From Malacoraja senta (taxonomy: Eukaryota), in assembly GCA_038087875.1 (NCBI GenBank), contig CM075988.1:9674001-9738000 (forward strand): DNA of 64,000 nucleotides, written 5' to 3'. The translations under genes were made by a program, and so were the position numbers. Of this stretch, positions 24,093-37,885 are shown in pieces (position 1 is the first letter of the stretch; each line of letters opens with the position of its first letter). Under the pieces are notes generated by a model that saw nothing but the letters and a program-made list of their open reading frames with translations, ran no database searches and was not told the DNA's origin.

Positions 24093-26697
24093 CTTCCTCT
24101 GGGGAACAGGGGTTGCTATTGTATTTTCTTTTGTTTGTGAATTAAAGCAACATGTTAATCTGTACCATGTTTCATTGTATTGCTCATTATTCACTCCTCC
24201 TGAGTCAACTGATGCAGTGTGAGAAGCCTGGATTCGTATCTACGGCATGAAATCACAGAGCTTTGAACTCTTCACGGAATCACTCACGTGACTCCGAAGT
24301 AAAATAGTAAGATTAAACGAAAACTTACCAGTTTGAAGTTTGATCTTTATTTTATGAGGAGTTACGATGAGCGATTACGTGCCCTCCGCTCCCGGCCCTC
24401 AATATTATAAAGGTCAACTGGAAGGTCTGTTTTATATTCTTACTATGTTACTTCAGTTACGTTTTATCTGTGATTTCACACCGCTGCTTTGAAGATTGAC
24501 GTGCATGCCGACTGATGGGGTTCTTCACGTAATCGCTCATCGTAACTCCTTATAAAATAAAGATCAAACTTCAAACTGGTAAGTTCTCATTTAATCTTAC
24601 TATTACATCCCTAAATCTCTCTTTGTAGTTGTTTTAAGTGCCTATCTCTACAACCAAGATTTTCTCTTATTAGTTCCTTATCTGGTTTAGTTACATTTTG
24701 TTTGCTAACTCTATTGTGAAGCAGTTTGATAACTCTATTGCATTATGATTGTCAATTAATTGCAAGTGTTCTTACTGGAGCTGTCCTAATAATAATGTGG
24801 ATTTAAAGTGTCATCAGGTTTTTAAAATTTATGGAAGATCGGGAAGTTTCCTGTCTGAGCCAATCTTATAGTTTATCCCTTTAACGTAAACTGTACTTAA
24901 CTGAAGTACACAAGGAAGATTGTTGAGTGAGAAAATGGAAGCCATGCCCGAAATCCATGCAGACACAAGGGATTGTAGATACAGGAATCTTATGCAGAAC
25001 ACAAAGTTCTGGAGCAACTTAACGGGTAAGGCAACATCTCTGAAGGGCTTGAAGAAGGGTCCTGGCGGAAATGTTCCAGTCTGAAGAAGGGGTCCGTCTC
25101 AAAATATTGTCTATCAATGTCTGCCAGAGATGCTGCCTGAACCATTGAGTTACTCCAGCACTTTTCAATCTACCTAAAATCCATATCCTTGGGATGAAGG
25201 AAAATCACTGGTGACTATTTACAGGATTGCAGTATTCCGACACAAGCCTATTACATGTAATATCATCCAAACCTAGATACTTTGGTCCAAAGTTTTTTTC
25301 TGCAAATGTGCTCTGCAATTTCTGACATGATGAAGTGCAGATATGACTACGTTGAAATTGATATTGCAACACATCAGACTGTGATCATGGGGATATATTC
25401 CTGGATGGGGATACATTTCTGATATAATAACTTTTACCGTCATCTGTCTCTAAGACTGACAGATATTTAAAAAGTTCTAAACCCTGCAGAAAGGTGGGCT
25501 ACTCCTGTATCCTACCTGTGGCATGTTCATCAGCCTTTATTGTCAGTGTGCACTGGGACCACATTTACTGCATTTAGGAAAATTAGGGCTGCTACAAAAC
25601 ATCTATCTGATGAATGAATCAATATCGCTAAAGATTTTCCAACTCTTAAGCTGTCAAGATGACAAATGAAATGACAAGGGTATTTTAGACTGGTGTTAAA
25701 TATTATAACATGTCTAATATATGTACATGTAACTGAGGTATTTCAGTAACCATACCATGGATTCCAATTTTGATAATCTTGGTGTGATTCCGTTTCAATT
25801 ATTTTTCTGCAAGGGCAGAGATAATTATATATTTTCAGGGAAAAAAATATATCTGTATTTGAAGCAGAAAAAACACAATACCAGAGAGTCAGTGAGATTA
25901 GTTTTGGATTGCCCAGCTAAGGCATTGATGGTTCAAAGTCATTACGATGCACAGATGGAGTGGAACATCTTAATCAAAGACAGTCCGCATAGATTTCCCA
26001 AAGAAAGTTCGTGTCTGAATTAAATTTTCAATTTGTGAAATTGAGGATGGGTGAGGATTGTGGGTTGGATGCAGGCTAAATACCTTTAAAAAGGTTTTAT
26101 TTTGAACCCATGGGCCAGCTTTGTTAAATAACCATAAACCAAGGACCTTCAGATGGAAAGTGGCAAAATGCATCCAAAATTGGCTCGATAGTGAAAAGCA
26201 AAGAATAATGAGAAATGGAAGTTTGTGTGCCCGGAAGGTAGTTTGCAAAGAGATTTTGTAGATTATTTCGACATTATATTAATAATATGGACTTGTAATG
26301 GGCCTGCTTAAGATGATTGCAGATGTTACCAAAAGTGACCACATTATGATGAGGAAATCATAAATTACATGAAGGGAACAATGGACTGTTCCGGTGAGCA
26401 AAAATATGACAAGTGGATCAGTACCAGGAAGAGTGTAGGAGAAAACATGACAACGCTATTACAATGAATAATTCACAAAGAGCTGGGGACACTCAGCAGG
26501 TCAGGCCCTGTATGTGGAAGGAATGTTTCGGATTGCAACCCTTCTTCAGATAATTACAATAGATCATATGATAAGGGTCTAGCTAATGGATATGGTAGGT
26601 TTGTAGGAATATGGGAAAAAGGAAGGCAGGTGGGACTAGTGTAGATGGGGCACTTGTCAGCTTGGCTAAGTGGGTTGAAGGGCCTGTTTTCACACTG

Positions 26698-27370
26698 TAT
26701 GGAATGGAATACTTTATTGCCACATATGACAAGATACAGTGAAATACTTTGCTTGCATGCACAAGGTGTGCAAATAGCGGCAACCTACGGCGCTGACAAA
26801 GTTACAAAGTATACCGGATCCTCCTTTATTTCACCCCTCCCCCTCCCTCATGGGGGTCCCACACGCTGGGTTCTCCATTGTTCTTCCCCTCCCCCTCACG
26901 GTGGTCCCCTCAGGCTCTCATTGACCGCTGACCACGGGTCGACGCGCGAGGCTTTGCCGCTGCCGTGAGGCTTCATCACAGCCAAGGCCCCATCGCTGGC
27001 GAGGTTCCACCACCACCGCCAAGTTCCCATCACTGCCGCCAATGCTTCATGGCTGCGAGGCTCCACCACCGCCACCGAGGCTTCACCGCTGAGGCTGCAT
27101 TGCTGCCTAGCCCTTGCCGCCGCCGCAAGGCTTCACCACTGCCGAGACTTCACCGGCGCCGCCGAGGCCCCACCGCCGTGAGGCTTCACCGCTGCTGCCG
27201 CCGCCTCATCACCACCATCGAGGCTCGCCACTGCCATCGAGGCTCCATTCGGCCCAGTCAGGCTTCACTGTCCGTCTTTTCCGCAGCCTGCTGGGAAGCC
27301 TGTGTGGGCGAGTAGGGCTTACCGGGCCGGTTCCGGTCCGCGGCACGGTTGTTCGGCGGGTTAGTCGGGC
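26698..27370 (-). mobile_element. GC-rich non-coding retroposon inserted in a CR1 tail
   Basis: AATAAA plus (ATTCC)n tail on the minus strand; internal GCC/GAGGCT repeats; the CR1 tail resumes at 27370. Confidence 0.55.
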
Positions 27371-28204
27371 ATGACTGTATGACTATAACAGAAGTCGAAA
27401 AGAACTGAGGAATTTTAGTGTATACCTGCAGATCTCTCAAGTTAGGAATTCAATTCAATATAGCACTTAAGAGAACATTTGGATATTTTCCATTATTGAT
27501 GAAGACTGAGAAAAATTAATTGTGAATCACACAAGTGTGTTCACAGTTCAGGTAGAATTACTAGAAGAACATGATATAAAGTGGAGGATGTTTTAGTTAA
27601 CGTTAAAGATTAGAGAGGATACATTGTCTGGAATGTGGTTGAGGGGAGATTTAGGAAGGGATATAATTATGAGAAGTTTGAAGTGGGTTAAAGTTCAAAA
27701 ACAGCGTGACTTAGATTTCAGGTTATTGTTAGAATGAGGATTAGGGGAGAAATACAAAAATATATATTTTCAGCTAAATGATGGTGGGGACTTGTCTGAG
27801 TGGTGTTGAGACCTGGAAAATGCAGACTTGATGTGCAGCAACTTATAAATGTATGGATTGAGAGATGGGAAATGGCATCAGCTGTATTATGGGTAGCATG
27901 AACATGATGGGTCAAATGGCATCTCCTGTGCAATACATTTCTAGAGCTTTAAGCCTTTGTGTTCTGGGCTGGTGATGGAGATTATCAGTTGGAATGACCA
28001 CACACTGCCACCCACAACAGCTTACATTTATAAAGGGTTCTTGATATGAAAAGAAAGACTTCCAGAAGGATAATCAGATAAGATAATAAGAAGGTAATTG
28101 GAGGAGTTGACTATATGTTTGGTCAATAAGGTAGATTTGTGCTGTTGTAAAGGGTGGTGAAATTTACAAAGTTTCAGAACCCGTATATTTACCAGGAGAT
28201 CTAT

Positions 28205-28510
28205 GATACGATATGATACGATAGAGTTTATTTATCCTAGGAGGGAAATTAATTTGCCAACAGTCACAAAAACACAAAATACATGAAACATGAAATTAAA
28301 GTGATGAGTGGAAAGGCTTGGGGATGTGCAAAGATTGGGGAGGGGGGAGGGATTCAGTCTACCCCACGACAGAAAGGGAGGAGTTGCACAGTTTGAGAGC
28401 CACAGTGAAGAATGATCTCCTGTGGCATTATGTCCTGCATCTTGGTGGAACCAGTCTGTTGCTGAAGGTACTCCTCAGGTTGACAAGTGTGTCATGGAGG
28501 GGGTGAGCTA
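28205..28510 (-). mobile_element. Rex1/Babar-like 3' fragment
   Basis: Closely similar to 405-740. Confidence 0.8.
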
Positions 28511-28805
28511 CAAGATCTACAAGTCGCCAAAATTTGAGAAACAACAATGATCTCTGATTGATACACAATTAAGAAGGTTATAGAGAAAATTTTAAAAGGG
28601 ATGAATATAAATAGCAGTCAGTTGAAGCACAGGAAAAGAGGAGCCAGTGGGACCACGCGATATATAGAAAGAGAACCATTTAGGTTAATAGTGAACAATG
28701 GGGCCAAGAAAGGATGCTAAAATGGCAGCTTAATAGGAATGGAGTCAAAATATTGTTTTATTATTTTATCACAACTAGAGAGCGGTCCTGAGCTATGATA
28801 TACAT

Positions 28806-29145
28806 CTAGGACACGCTAGAGGCAGGAAACATGTTCCCGATGTTGGGGGAGTCCAGAACCAGGGGCCACAGTTTAAGAATAAGGAGTAAGCCATTTAGAA
28901 CGGAGATGATGAAACACTTTTTCTCACAGAGAGTGGTCTGTGGAATTCTCTGCCTCAGAGGGCGGTGGAGGCAGGTTCTCTGGATGCTTTCAAGAGAGAG
29001 CGAGATAGGGCTCTTAAAAATAGCGGAGTCAGGGGATATGGGGAGAAGGCAGGAACGGGGTACTGATTGGGGATGATCAGCCATGATCACATTGAATGGC
29101 TCAAAGGGCCGAATGGCCTACTCCTGCACCTATTGTCTATTGTCT
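28806..29145 (+). mobile_element. CR1 3' end
   Basis: MFPMLGESRTRGHSLRIR..; (CTATTGT)n tail; nested in a short LINE-tail repeat (28772-29332) that is also seen at 33460-33700. Confidence 0.85.
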
Positions 29146-29815
29146 ATCTATCTCTAATCGGACCTTAGTGGACTTTATCTTGCACTAAATGTTATTCCCT
29201 TTCTCATGTATGTTTACTCAGTGAACGGCTCGATTGTTTGTCATGTATTGTCTTTCCGCTGGCTGGTTAGCACGCAACAAGAGCTTTCCACTGTACCTCG
29301 GTACACGTGACAATAAACTAAACTAAACTAAAAGAAAGCAAGATGTAGATTTTATAAGAGTTTGAAGAGTATGGGAAGAAAAACAGGAGAGATACGAGAA
29401 AAAAGAGAATACGAGTAACTGATCAGACATTGTTTGTATTCATCAGAGAAAGAAACAAATCAAGGGAAGGACACAATTAAATTAAATAATACCTCTGGAC
29501 ACATTCATAAAAAAACAATTCATATCACTTCATAATTTGGAACACCTCAACCCGTTGATGAGGATCTTTTATTATCTCATCCAATTGATGTTATCTTCAA
29601 AATATCTTTACTACCTTAACCAAGTTAAAATAAAGAAAACATGTTGAATTCAACTGATGCTTGGAAAGGCTGTGGACTACCATCAGAAATTAAGTTAAAA
29701 ACGTTCAATGCTTACTCTGTATCATCTATTTAATCTTACAATGTATCTCAATAAAATTACTCAAAAGTAGGCCAAGGCTCAATGCATTTACTCAATTCTT
29801 CCTACTTCACTCTTA

Positions 29816-30134
29816 TGGGCCCGTCCCACTTGGCGATTTTTTTAGGCAACTGCCAGCGACTGTCATAGTCGTAGCAGGTCGCCGAAAAACCGGCCACAAC
29901 CTACGTCATCCTGGCGACAAACTACGACAGCACCTACGTCAGGAGAAGTCAAGCTACGCTCATTGGCATCAAACACACTGTCGCTGAAAATTTTTCAACA
30001 TGTTGAAAATTTAGCGGCGACCAGAAAGACGCTATGACTTTTTGAGCAACTGAGGAGACTACTCCCGGCGACCATGTAGCGACAAACTAATCGCCTGTAG
30101 TTGTCTAAAAAATCGCCGAAGTGGGACAGGCCCA
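29816..30134. mobile_element. PIF/Harbinger-type MITE, subfamily B
   Basis: TIR TGGGCCCGTCCCACTT / AAGTGGGACAGGCCCA, TTA/TAA flanks, central palindrome TTTTCAACATGTTGAAAA. Confidence 0.8.
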
Positions 30135-31250
30135 TAATTGATTTTTAATTCTTTTGGAGTCATGGCAAATATTTATGCCTGACTCGAAACTTGGTCATAC
30201 TGTTGTTTACGGGCCCTAGTGTCCACACATACATTGAAAATCACATTTATCTACATTACAAATTCCACAAACATTCAGAGTACTTAATTAGATGTGAATC
30301 TGGAACATCCTGAGGTTGCAAAAGGCATCATATAAATGCAAATCTGTGTTTTCCTTCTTTCTAGTCGGTTTCCCTGTGCACTTTTAGGTATCAACATTGG
30401 TTTGTAATCCTTAGAAACAGCATAATTGTTTCTGGAACAATTCCCATATTGCCTCAGCATCTCGTTAGTTAATTGCAACAGCACAACCAGGGGCACTTTG
30501 TTTTACATCTACAACCATGTTGAAAACTGGTCCTCACTATGACACTGCTTCTTATTTCTCCTCTGCTATCTCTATGCTCTTACGTCAATTGTTGTTGGGT
30601 TTTGTCTGTTACCTTCCCTCCCTGTCTCTGCCACGTCCTTCCTCTCACTGCTTCCCTGCTGCTCCATTTCTCTTCATGCTTTCCCTCTCTCCTTCACATC
30701 TGCTCGGTAATTGCAGCAAATATTCCCAGCTGACCTATGGTGCATCAAGATGTTCACCAAGATCCTCCGTAATGTCGCACAGAATGCTTTTTGCATAACA
30801 TTTATTTTATTATTTTCGAGTGGACGCTGCACTTTAACTTAAGCAGCATAATTTATTCCAAGAAGCCTTTAATTTTATTTGTTACAGTCTCTGGCATCTC
30901 TTGTCAATCACCAGATGGTTGCTACCAGATGTAATAGAGAGGCACTCGGTTTTAACAAAATTACCAACTAAATTTGACAAAGTGAGCACTTAACATCAAG
31001 GTTGTGTATTTTCTTCAATAGCTTTTATGGCCTTGATTGTGCAATTTGGTGACATTCCGAGAGTCAAGTGTCCATTTGCATTTATTTCCTTTTATTTAAG
31101 TAATGTTCTTCCAGTAATTATGAAGTTCTGCTTAAGTGAAACCTGACTATCGTTATCTTGATTTATGAACATTTTAGTTTTGAGTGCATGCATTTTCTTC
31201 CTTCCCTTTTGACCTCCTTCCCAGAGATATTAACACATTTCCTCTGCAGG

Positions 31251-31530
31251 GTTTAGTTTAGTTTAGAGATGCAGTATGGAAACAGGTCCTTCGGCCCACG
31301 GAGTCCATGCCGACCATCGATCACCCACTCCTTACACACTTGGGTCAATTTACAGATACCAAATTAGCCTGCACTTTAGCCTGTGGGAGGATACTGGAGC
31401 ATTCAGAGGAAACCCACGTGGTCACAGGGAGAACGTGCAAACTCCACGCAGACAGCACGCAAGATCAGAATCGAACCCGGGCCTCGGGAGCGGTGAGGCG
31501 GCTGCTCTACCAGTTGAGCCACTGTGCCAC
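31251..31530 (-). mobile_element. V-SINE
   Basis: Homologous to the other copies; (CTAAA)n tail. Confidence 0.8.
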
Positions 31531-31579
31531 CTGATGTTTCTTCAACCATACGCTGAAGGCTGACGATATTATCTTAATC

Positions 31580-31930
31580 TTCTTTGGCTGTGCTTCAAGA
31601 TCAAGTACAACATTGATTCTACTTTGATTTTTTTGTGGGGTGTTCGATGTCTGTTTAGGCTGGTGTGGGCATCACAGAGTCTCCGCAGGAAGGAGACACC
31701 TCAATGAGTAGATTTTGTGAGGTGATGCTGTCCTTCCAACCAATATGAATCACATTCAATGCACTCCAATTTCATGACCTTGAGGTTCTCAGATGCATAC
31801 TGAAGGCATACTTTCAACTTTAAGTGACCACAGGCCAGAGAGCCCCAGGAGTCAGCAGGGATGTTGCATTGTTTCAAGGAGGCAATAAGAAGATCCTTGA
31901 GATCCTTTCTTTCATTGGCTTGTTAATCCC
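31580..31930 (-). mobile_element. Degenerate RTE-clade LINE 3' fragment
   Basis: Minus strand reads ..KDLLIASLKQCNIPADSW.., resembling an RTE ORF C-terminus. Confidence 0.55.
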
Positions 31931-34028
31931 TACCTGTGACGAACTCTGTGGGACAGACAATTTCCTGTGACCTTGGTCATGGTACGAAATGATATTAAAC
32001 ATTAAAAGATTGAAGCAAATGTATCAAACATGTTTGAAGATCGACACAAAATGCTGGAGTAAATTAGCGGGACAGGCAGCATCTCTGGATGGAAGGAATG
32101 GGTGTCATTTTGGGTCGAGACCCTTCTTCACTCATGTTTAGTCAATTTGGCCATTTATGAATTACCCATGTCTGAAATCTGACCATTAAACTCTAAATTC
32201 AAACCCCATTACAAAAAATAATTTCAACCTAAGCAATGTTTCAAAAATCGCATTGTGAACTTTAATCTCAAACAGCAAATGTTCCTGTTCCTTAAATCAA
32301 GAACCTGAAACACTTTCACCCGCTACCCTTTCAGCATCATCTATGCCTGGGAGTGCCTGAAGTTCAAGTAGACATGTGTTGGAAAGAACTGCAGATGCTG
32401 GTTTACATCGAAGATGGACACAAAAAGCTGGAGTAACTCAGCGGGACAGGCAGCATCTCTGGAGAGAAGGAATGCGTGACATTTCAGGTCAAGACCCTTC
32501 TTCAGACTTCATGTAAACATATTGCCTCCTACAATACTAAAATATGGGAGTATTCCTAGGATATGGACAATAATCCCATGCTCACTAAAAATCTGTGAAA
32601 AAAGCTGTAGATGCTGAGAATGGAAATAAAAACAGAAAATGCTGGTAATACTTAGTAGTCCAGGCAGCAATTGATGAAGAAACTATGATATGAAATGCAA
32701 TATTTGTTTTTCCTGTTGACAATATTCTTGCAGCCCATCATCCTTGCAATGCTTCCATTTGTCCGATACATCCGAATGGAACCTGGAAGATTTAACTACT
32801 CAAGGACCAAGCCCAGTGCAAAGAGCAGTGCGATATCAGGCCCAGTCCTGCCATTATCAAAGAATCAATATTGTCACTCATGACTCACAGGAGCATTTAA
32901 TATGGTATTTTGTAGTTTGGAAGTATTATTTTAGAGGCTTGCGTTACATTCCTCCTTAATGGAACAGTGCATAAAGTAATTATTCTAAATGGCATTTTAG
33001 AGTCATTGAGCTCGAGAGCTATTTGAAGTCTGTTGTGAATCCTGGAGCAGTTATTAGCTTGGTTACAGCTGTCACATTAACTCTTGTGGCAGAAATAATA
33101 GAAGTTGCTTTGATTTATTCACTGGATTGTTTAACACATCACGTAGAACACCTATCAAATGTGCTAACAGCTACTCATTAAGAATAGCAATGAGTTGTTT
33201 TGCTTTTAAATGTATTTATACATGCCACTGCTACGTTTCAGTTTTATGCACACAGAATTCCTAGGATGGGTTAAAATGGAGTACTATGTATTTGCCATCA
33301 AACACGAGGCTGGTCTGGAGGCAGGTCTGCCCTTCATCAATAATGCGGGGAGAAAGCAGAGGGAAATTTACCCCATAAAAAGATACAAAGTGTTGGAGTA
33401 ACTCAGCAGGTCAGGCAGGATATCTGGAGAACATGGATGGGTGATGTTTAGGCTTCTGACGTTGAGTTCAGTTTATTGTCACGTGTACCGAGGTACAGTG
33501 AAAAGCTTTTGTTGCATGCTAACCAGTCAATGGAAAGACAATACATGATTAGAATCAAGCCATCCACAGTGTACAGATATATAATAAAGGGAATAGCATG
33601 AATAACCTTGAGTGCGAGATAAAGCCAGTAAAGTCCGATCAAAGATAGTCCGAGGGTCTCCAGTGAGGTGGATAGTAGTTCAGGAGTGCTCTATTGTTGT
33701 GGTCATAATACTAAATATCACCTAGTGAGTCTGAAGAAGGGTCCCGACCCGAAATATCACCCATTCATGTCCTCCAGAGATGTTGCCTGACACACTGACA
33801 CTCCAACACTCTATGACTTTTTTTTGTAAACCAGAATCTGCAGGCCTTCACATCTTGAAAATGTACACCTCTCACGTATTTCAATTGAAAGCTTTTAGGA
33901 TTGCTTCAGAAGTTCCAAGGAAATAAAAGCAGTTCTCAAAGATACAGTAGGGAATATCCCAAGTGAGCAGTCACCAGATTCCTAAGTGTGATTAGTTAAG
34001 GATTTACAGTTCCATGTCTGTTGACTTA

Positions 34029-34274
34029 AGGGCCTGTCCCACTTGGCCGTCATTTGCGCGTAATTTATGCGACATCATTTACGTGTCACGATGCATGACG
34101 CGCACGTCGTGACACGCACTTGATGAGCGCATGGTGCGCATTAAACGCGCATGGTGCGTGGTGACATAGGCACTGACGTGTGGTCGTGCACGGTTCCCCA
34201 GGACTTTGGTATGTACAAAATCTTCGCGCGCCATCTGCGTGCCGCGCAAATGACAGCCAAGTGGGACAGGCCCT
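34029..34274. mobile_element. PIF/Harbinger-type MITE, subfamily C
   Basis: TIRs of about 31 bp starting AGGGCCTGTCCCACTTGG; TTA TSD. Confidence 0.88.
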
Positions 34275-34597
34275 TTAGGTACCGGAAGTCCTATTCAGGC
34301 AGTTGTTTTGAATCTGTCTCCATATTTCCAGCAATTCACATCCAGATATAGTCACAGATGGATAAGGACAAGCTCAACTATCAAGTGTGCTCAGCTGGCT
34401 GCCACACAAATATTAATCCATTATCAATATTTCCACATATTTACTGGATCACATCAAACAAACTTTGCCAAGGAATGCTTAATTATTTTAACACAGAATT
34501 GAGAATAAGCTGCCAAGGAGATTGATTTTCATTCTGGAAATCTCTTAAGGTATCCATTAAAACGATTTTTCTTTTTGAGGAATTTAGTTTTTGGCCT

Positions 34598-34895
34598 TTA
34601 GTTTAGTTTAGTTTAGGGATACTGCACGGAAATAGGTCCTTCGGCCCACCGAGTCCGTGCTGACCAGCGATCCCCGCACGCGAACATCCTACACTTTATT
34701 TATTTTTTACAATTTTACCAGGCCAATTAACCTACAAACCTGTACATCTTTGCAGTGTGGGAAGAAACTGGAGCTCCTGGATAAAACCCACGCATCTCGT
34801 GGGGAGAACATACAAACTCCATACAGACAGCACCGACAGTCAGGATCAAATCCAGGTCTGTGGCTCTATAAGGCAGCAACTCTATCGTTGCACGC
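34598..34895 (-). mobile_element. V-SINE
   Basis: Homologous to the other copies. Confidence 0.8.
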
Positions 34896-36276
34896 CTTAT
34901 TTTTGTTTTAACATTTCTTCAAAAATATCTGAGATATACTGTGAATATTGCAAATCTTGCTGTTAATCTATAATTTAAGCACTTTCATGCCTGAGAATCC
35001 ATCTTTGAATTGATGGAGTTAAACGTGTGATTCATAAGGTCATAAGGAAGAGGAGTAGAATTAGGCCATTTGACCCATCAAGTCTACTCCACCATTCAAT
35101 CATGGCTGATCTATCTTTCCCTCCTAACCTCATTCTCCTGCCTTCGTCCCATAACCTCTGACACCTGTTCTAATCAAGAATCTATCTATCTTTGCCTAAA
35201 CAAATATCCACTGACTGCCTCCACAGCCTTCTGTGGCAAAGAATTCCACAGATTAACCACCTGCTCACTAAAAAAAATTATCATCATCTCCTTCCTAAAA
35301 GAACATCTGCAACAGTGTCCATGTTTTGGGCACAGCTTCTGGAATTCCAAAACTAAAGTTACTGGAACTGAAGTAGCCTGCTTTTACTCGTTTACCCCCT
35401 ACAAGCTGTATTTCACTCCTGCTGAACTAATGTCAGCATATCGATGTTAGAAAAAAAGACATAAAGTGCTGGAGTAACTCAACGGGTCAAGCAGCATCTC
35501 TGGAGAACATGGATAGGTGATGTTTCAGATCGAGGCCCTTCTTCAGACTTATTGTGATGGGGCGTTGAGAGAATGTAGAAAGAGAGGTGGGAGCAGGACA
35601 AATCCTAGAGAGTGATAGGTGGATACAAGTGTGAAGAGGCATCTTTGATAGGATTTTTACCCATTAATATTCATTCAACGCACAAAAAACCTGAAGTATT
35701 TCAGATAGAAAATTAGGCGTATGGTCACATTTCTTATAGTTAACTGGTGTTTGGAACTGGTCTTGATGCTATCTGTAAAACACCGCCAAGTATCAATGAT
35801 GAGGCCATGTGAAACCAAAAAGCCAAAGGTTTTGTTCCCAGAGTTCTTTCATGCATCTTTATGCATCAGATGCAGAAGATACACTGCCATAGAATTATGA
35901 GCAACACACTTTAGAGCAAGTGTTCTCCATAATCCTCAACATCCAGATTTTTGCGATGTGATTTAGAGGGAGATAATCCCAGACTGTCATTGGCAGACCC
36001 AAATTAAATAGGCTCCCTTTAAGTAATCTACATACTTGGAAGATCAGAAAATGCTTCTCATAAATTATGTCCTTCCCTCAACCTTCCCTCTAAAGCCCAC
36101 AACTTGGCTTGACTTGCACCCCTCTAACCATCAGTCCCCTTAAACTTGGTACTATCATTCTCCTTGCCCATTCCCTCCCATCTATGACCAAGGATAGCAG
36201 CATTCCCATCACCACCCAATGCTACTGATTTGCCTCAAACTGACCCTTGCCCAAGCATTGACTCTGTGGCCCATTA

Positions 36277-36588
36277 AGGGCCTGTCCCACTTACGCGACC
36301 TTTACAGGCGAGTGCCGCGACCCATGATAGGTCGTGAGAGGTCGTGAGCAGTCTCCTATGGTCGTGAGAGGTCATGAGAAGTCTCCTGTGGTCATGAGAG
36401 GTCACCCGCGACATGTCGCCAGGGGTCGCGTGTATGGTTGTGAGAGGTCTCCTATGGTCGTGAGAGGTCTCCAAAGATTCATAGCGTCTTTCTGGTCGCC
36501 GCTGAATTTTCAACATGTTGAAAATTCCAGCGACCTATCACGGGTCGCGGCAGTCGCCTGTAAAGGTCGCGTAAGTGGGACAGGCCCT
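36277..36588. mobile_element. PIF/Harbinger-type MITE, related to subfamily B
   Basis: Long TIRs AGGGCCTGTCCCACTTACGCGACCTTTACAGGCGA, TTA TSD, internal GGTCGTGAGA repeats. Confidence 0.9.
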
Positions 36589-37074
36589 TTAATCGTAGCT
36601 GTATATTATACTCACGAGGGACAGGTACATAATTTAAGATCAAAAGGAGTAATTTATAACTTTGTTTTACTTTTAGGAAAAGGAAATACAATGTTTATAC
36701 GCATAATATCCATAAAAAATGTGGCGGGTGGAAGAATTATCTCAAATATTTGTATTTCAAAGATTTTCTTTTCTTTTGAATTTGTCTCCTGTCCCATTGA
36801 AGAATTAAACTGCTTTCTGAAATAGACTCCCCTGACCTTGACCTTTAGGGTTCATCTGTTGGTGCTGCTAAAGTGACTATCCTTCAAGAAGGAGATTGAC
36901 AGCGAATGGTGGTAAGTTACTTTGTTGATGTCAGGGTCATCTGATCTGAAAGTTATAGTTATCCAATGACGGTAACTGAGTGACTGAAGAGTGGCAAGAT
37001 GTCTGGGCACTTCTCCATCCATTTTCCAGAGATGCTTAACACCATCCCTCTGGAATATAAATTGAGATCATGAT

Positions 37075-37885
37075 TAGACTTTAAATGGTAAACTTTAGAG
37101 ATATTGCGCAGAAACAGGCTCTTCGGTCCACCGAATCTTCCCCATATACTAACACTATCCTAAACACCAGGGAAAATGTACAATTTTGCCAAAGTAAATT
37201 AACCTACGAACCTGTACATCTTTGGAGTGTAGGAGGAAACCGGAGCACCCGGAGAAAAACCCATGCAGCCACAGGGAGAACGTACAAACTCTGTACAGAT
37301 AGCTCCCGTAATCATGATCGAACCCAGGTCTCTGGTACTGTAAAGGGCCTGTCCCACGAGCATGCGACTGCATGCGGCAAGCGCGACCTAACGTGGTCGC
37401 TTGAGCCGTACGGCCTCGCGGGGCCGGTCCCACTTCGATCGCCGGAGCCTTATGGAGTTGTGCGGAGCTGGTCCCGACATCACGCGGGGCTCCGAAAAAC
37501 TGACACTGTTAAACAATTCCGCGCGGCAATGGCCTGCTGGCCCGCAGCCACCTCGACACCGTATGCACCGCCTCGACTGACGTGCGCAGCGTCTCGACGT
37601 CGTACGCAGCGTCTTGACGCCGTTCGTCACGCACGAACTTCCTGCGGACTTCGCTCGAACTTCACGTCACTCACACGACCTCCGCGCGGTCCCCGCTTCC
37701 GGTTTGGTCACGCTCGCCGCATGCAGTTGCATGCTGGTGAGACCGGCCCTGTACGGGGATCACTCGACCTCCGCGCGGCCCCCGTACGGCCCCCGCTTCC
37801 GGTTTGGTCGCGCTTGCCGCATGCAGTCGCATGCTCGTGGGACAGGCCCTTAAGGCAGCAAATCTATCACTGAGCCACAATGCCA
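37075..37885 (-). mobile_element. V-SINE interrupted by a MITE
   Basis: The SINE head sequence CTGTAA|GGCAGC is split by the MITE. Confidence 0.8.
37344..37850. mobile_element. PIF/Harbinger-type MITE, subfamily A
   Basis: Long TIRs; the TAA TSD is confirmed by comparison with uninterrupted SINE copies. Confidence 0.92.

Larger units (their letters stand above)
21473..24604 (+). mobile_element. DIRS1-type tyrosine-recombinase retrotransposon, internally deleted (no RT)
   Basis: Left end TTTTACTTCGGAGTCACGTG; ICR at about 24268-24380 complementary to both termini; right ITR at about 24497-24530; gag, MT and YR remnants. Confidence 0.95.

Noticed and set aside
25300..25425. CRYDYVEI peptide resembling a CUB domain, and ATGATGA..CTGA resembling a C/D snoRNA
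   Set aside because: No polypyrimidine acceptor, an early stop, and no other CUB motifs; no terminal stem for a snoRNA.
37085..37873. 262-aa ORF and similar ORFs at 18424-18980, 47264-48000 and 49540-50161
   Set aside because: Stop-poor GC-rich MITE or retroposon sequence; the frames span unrelated elements.
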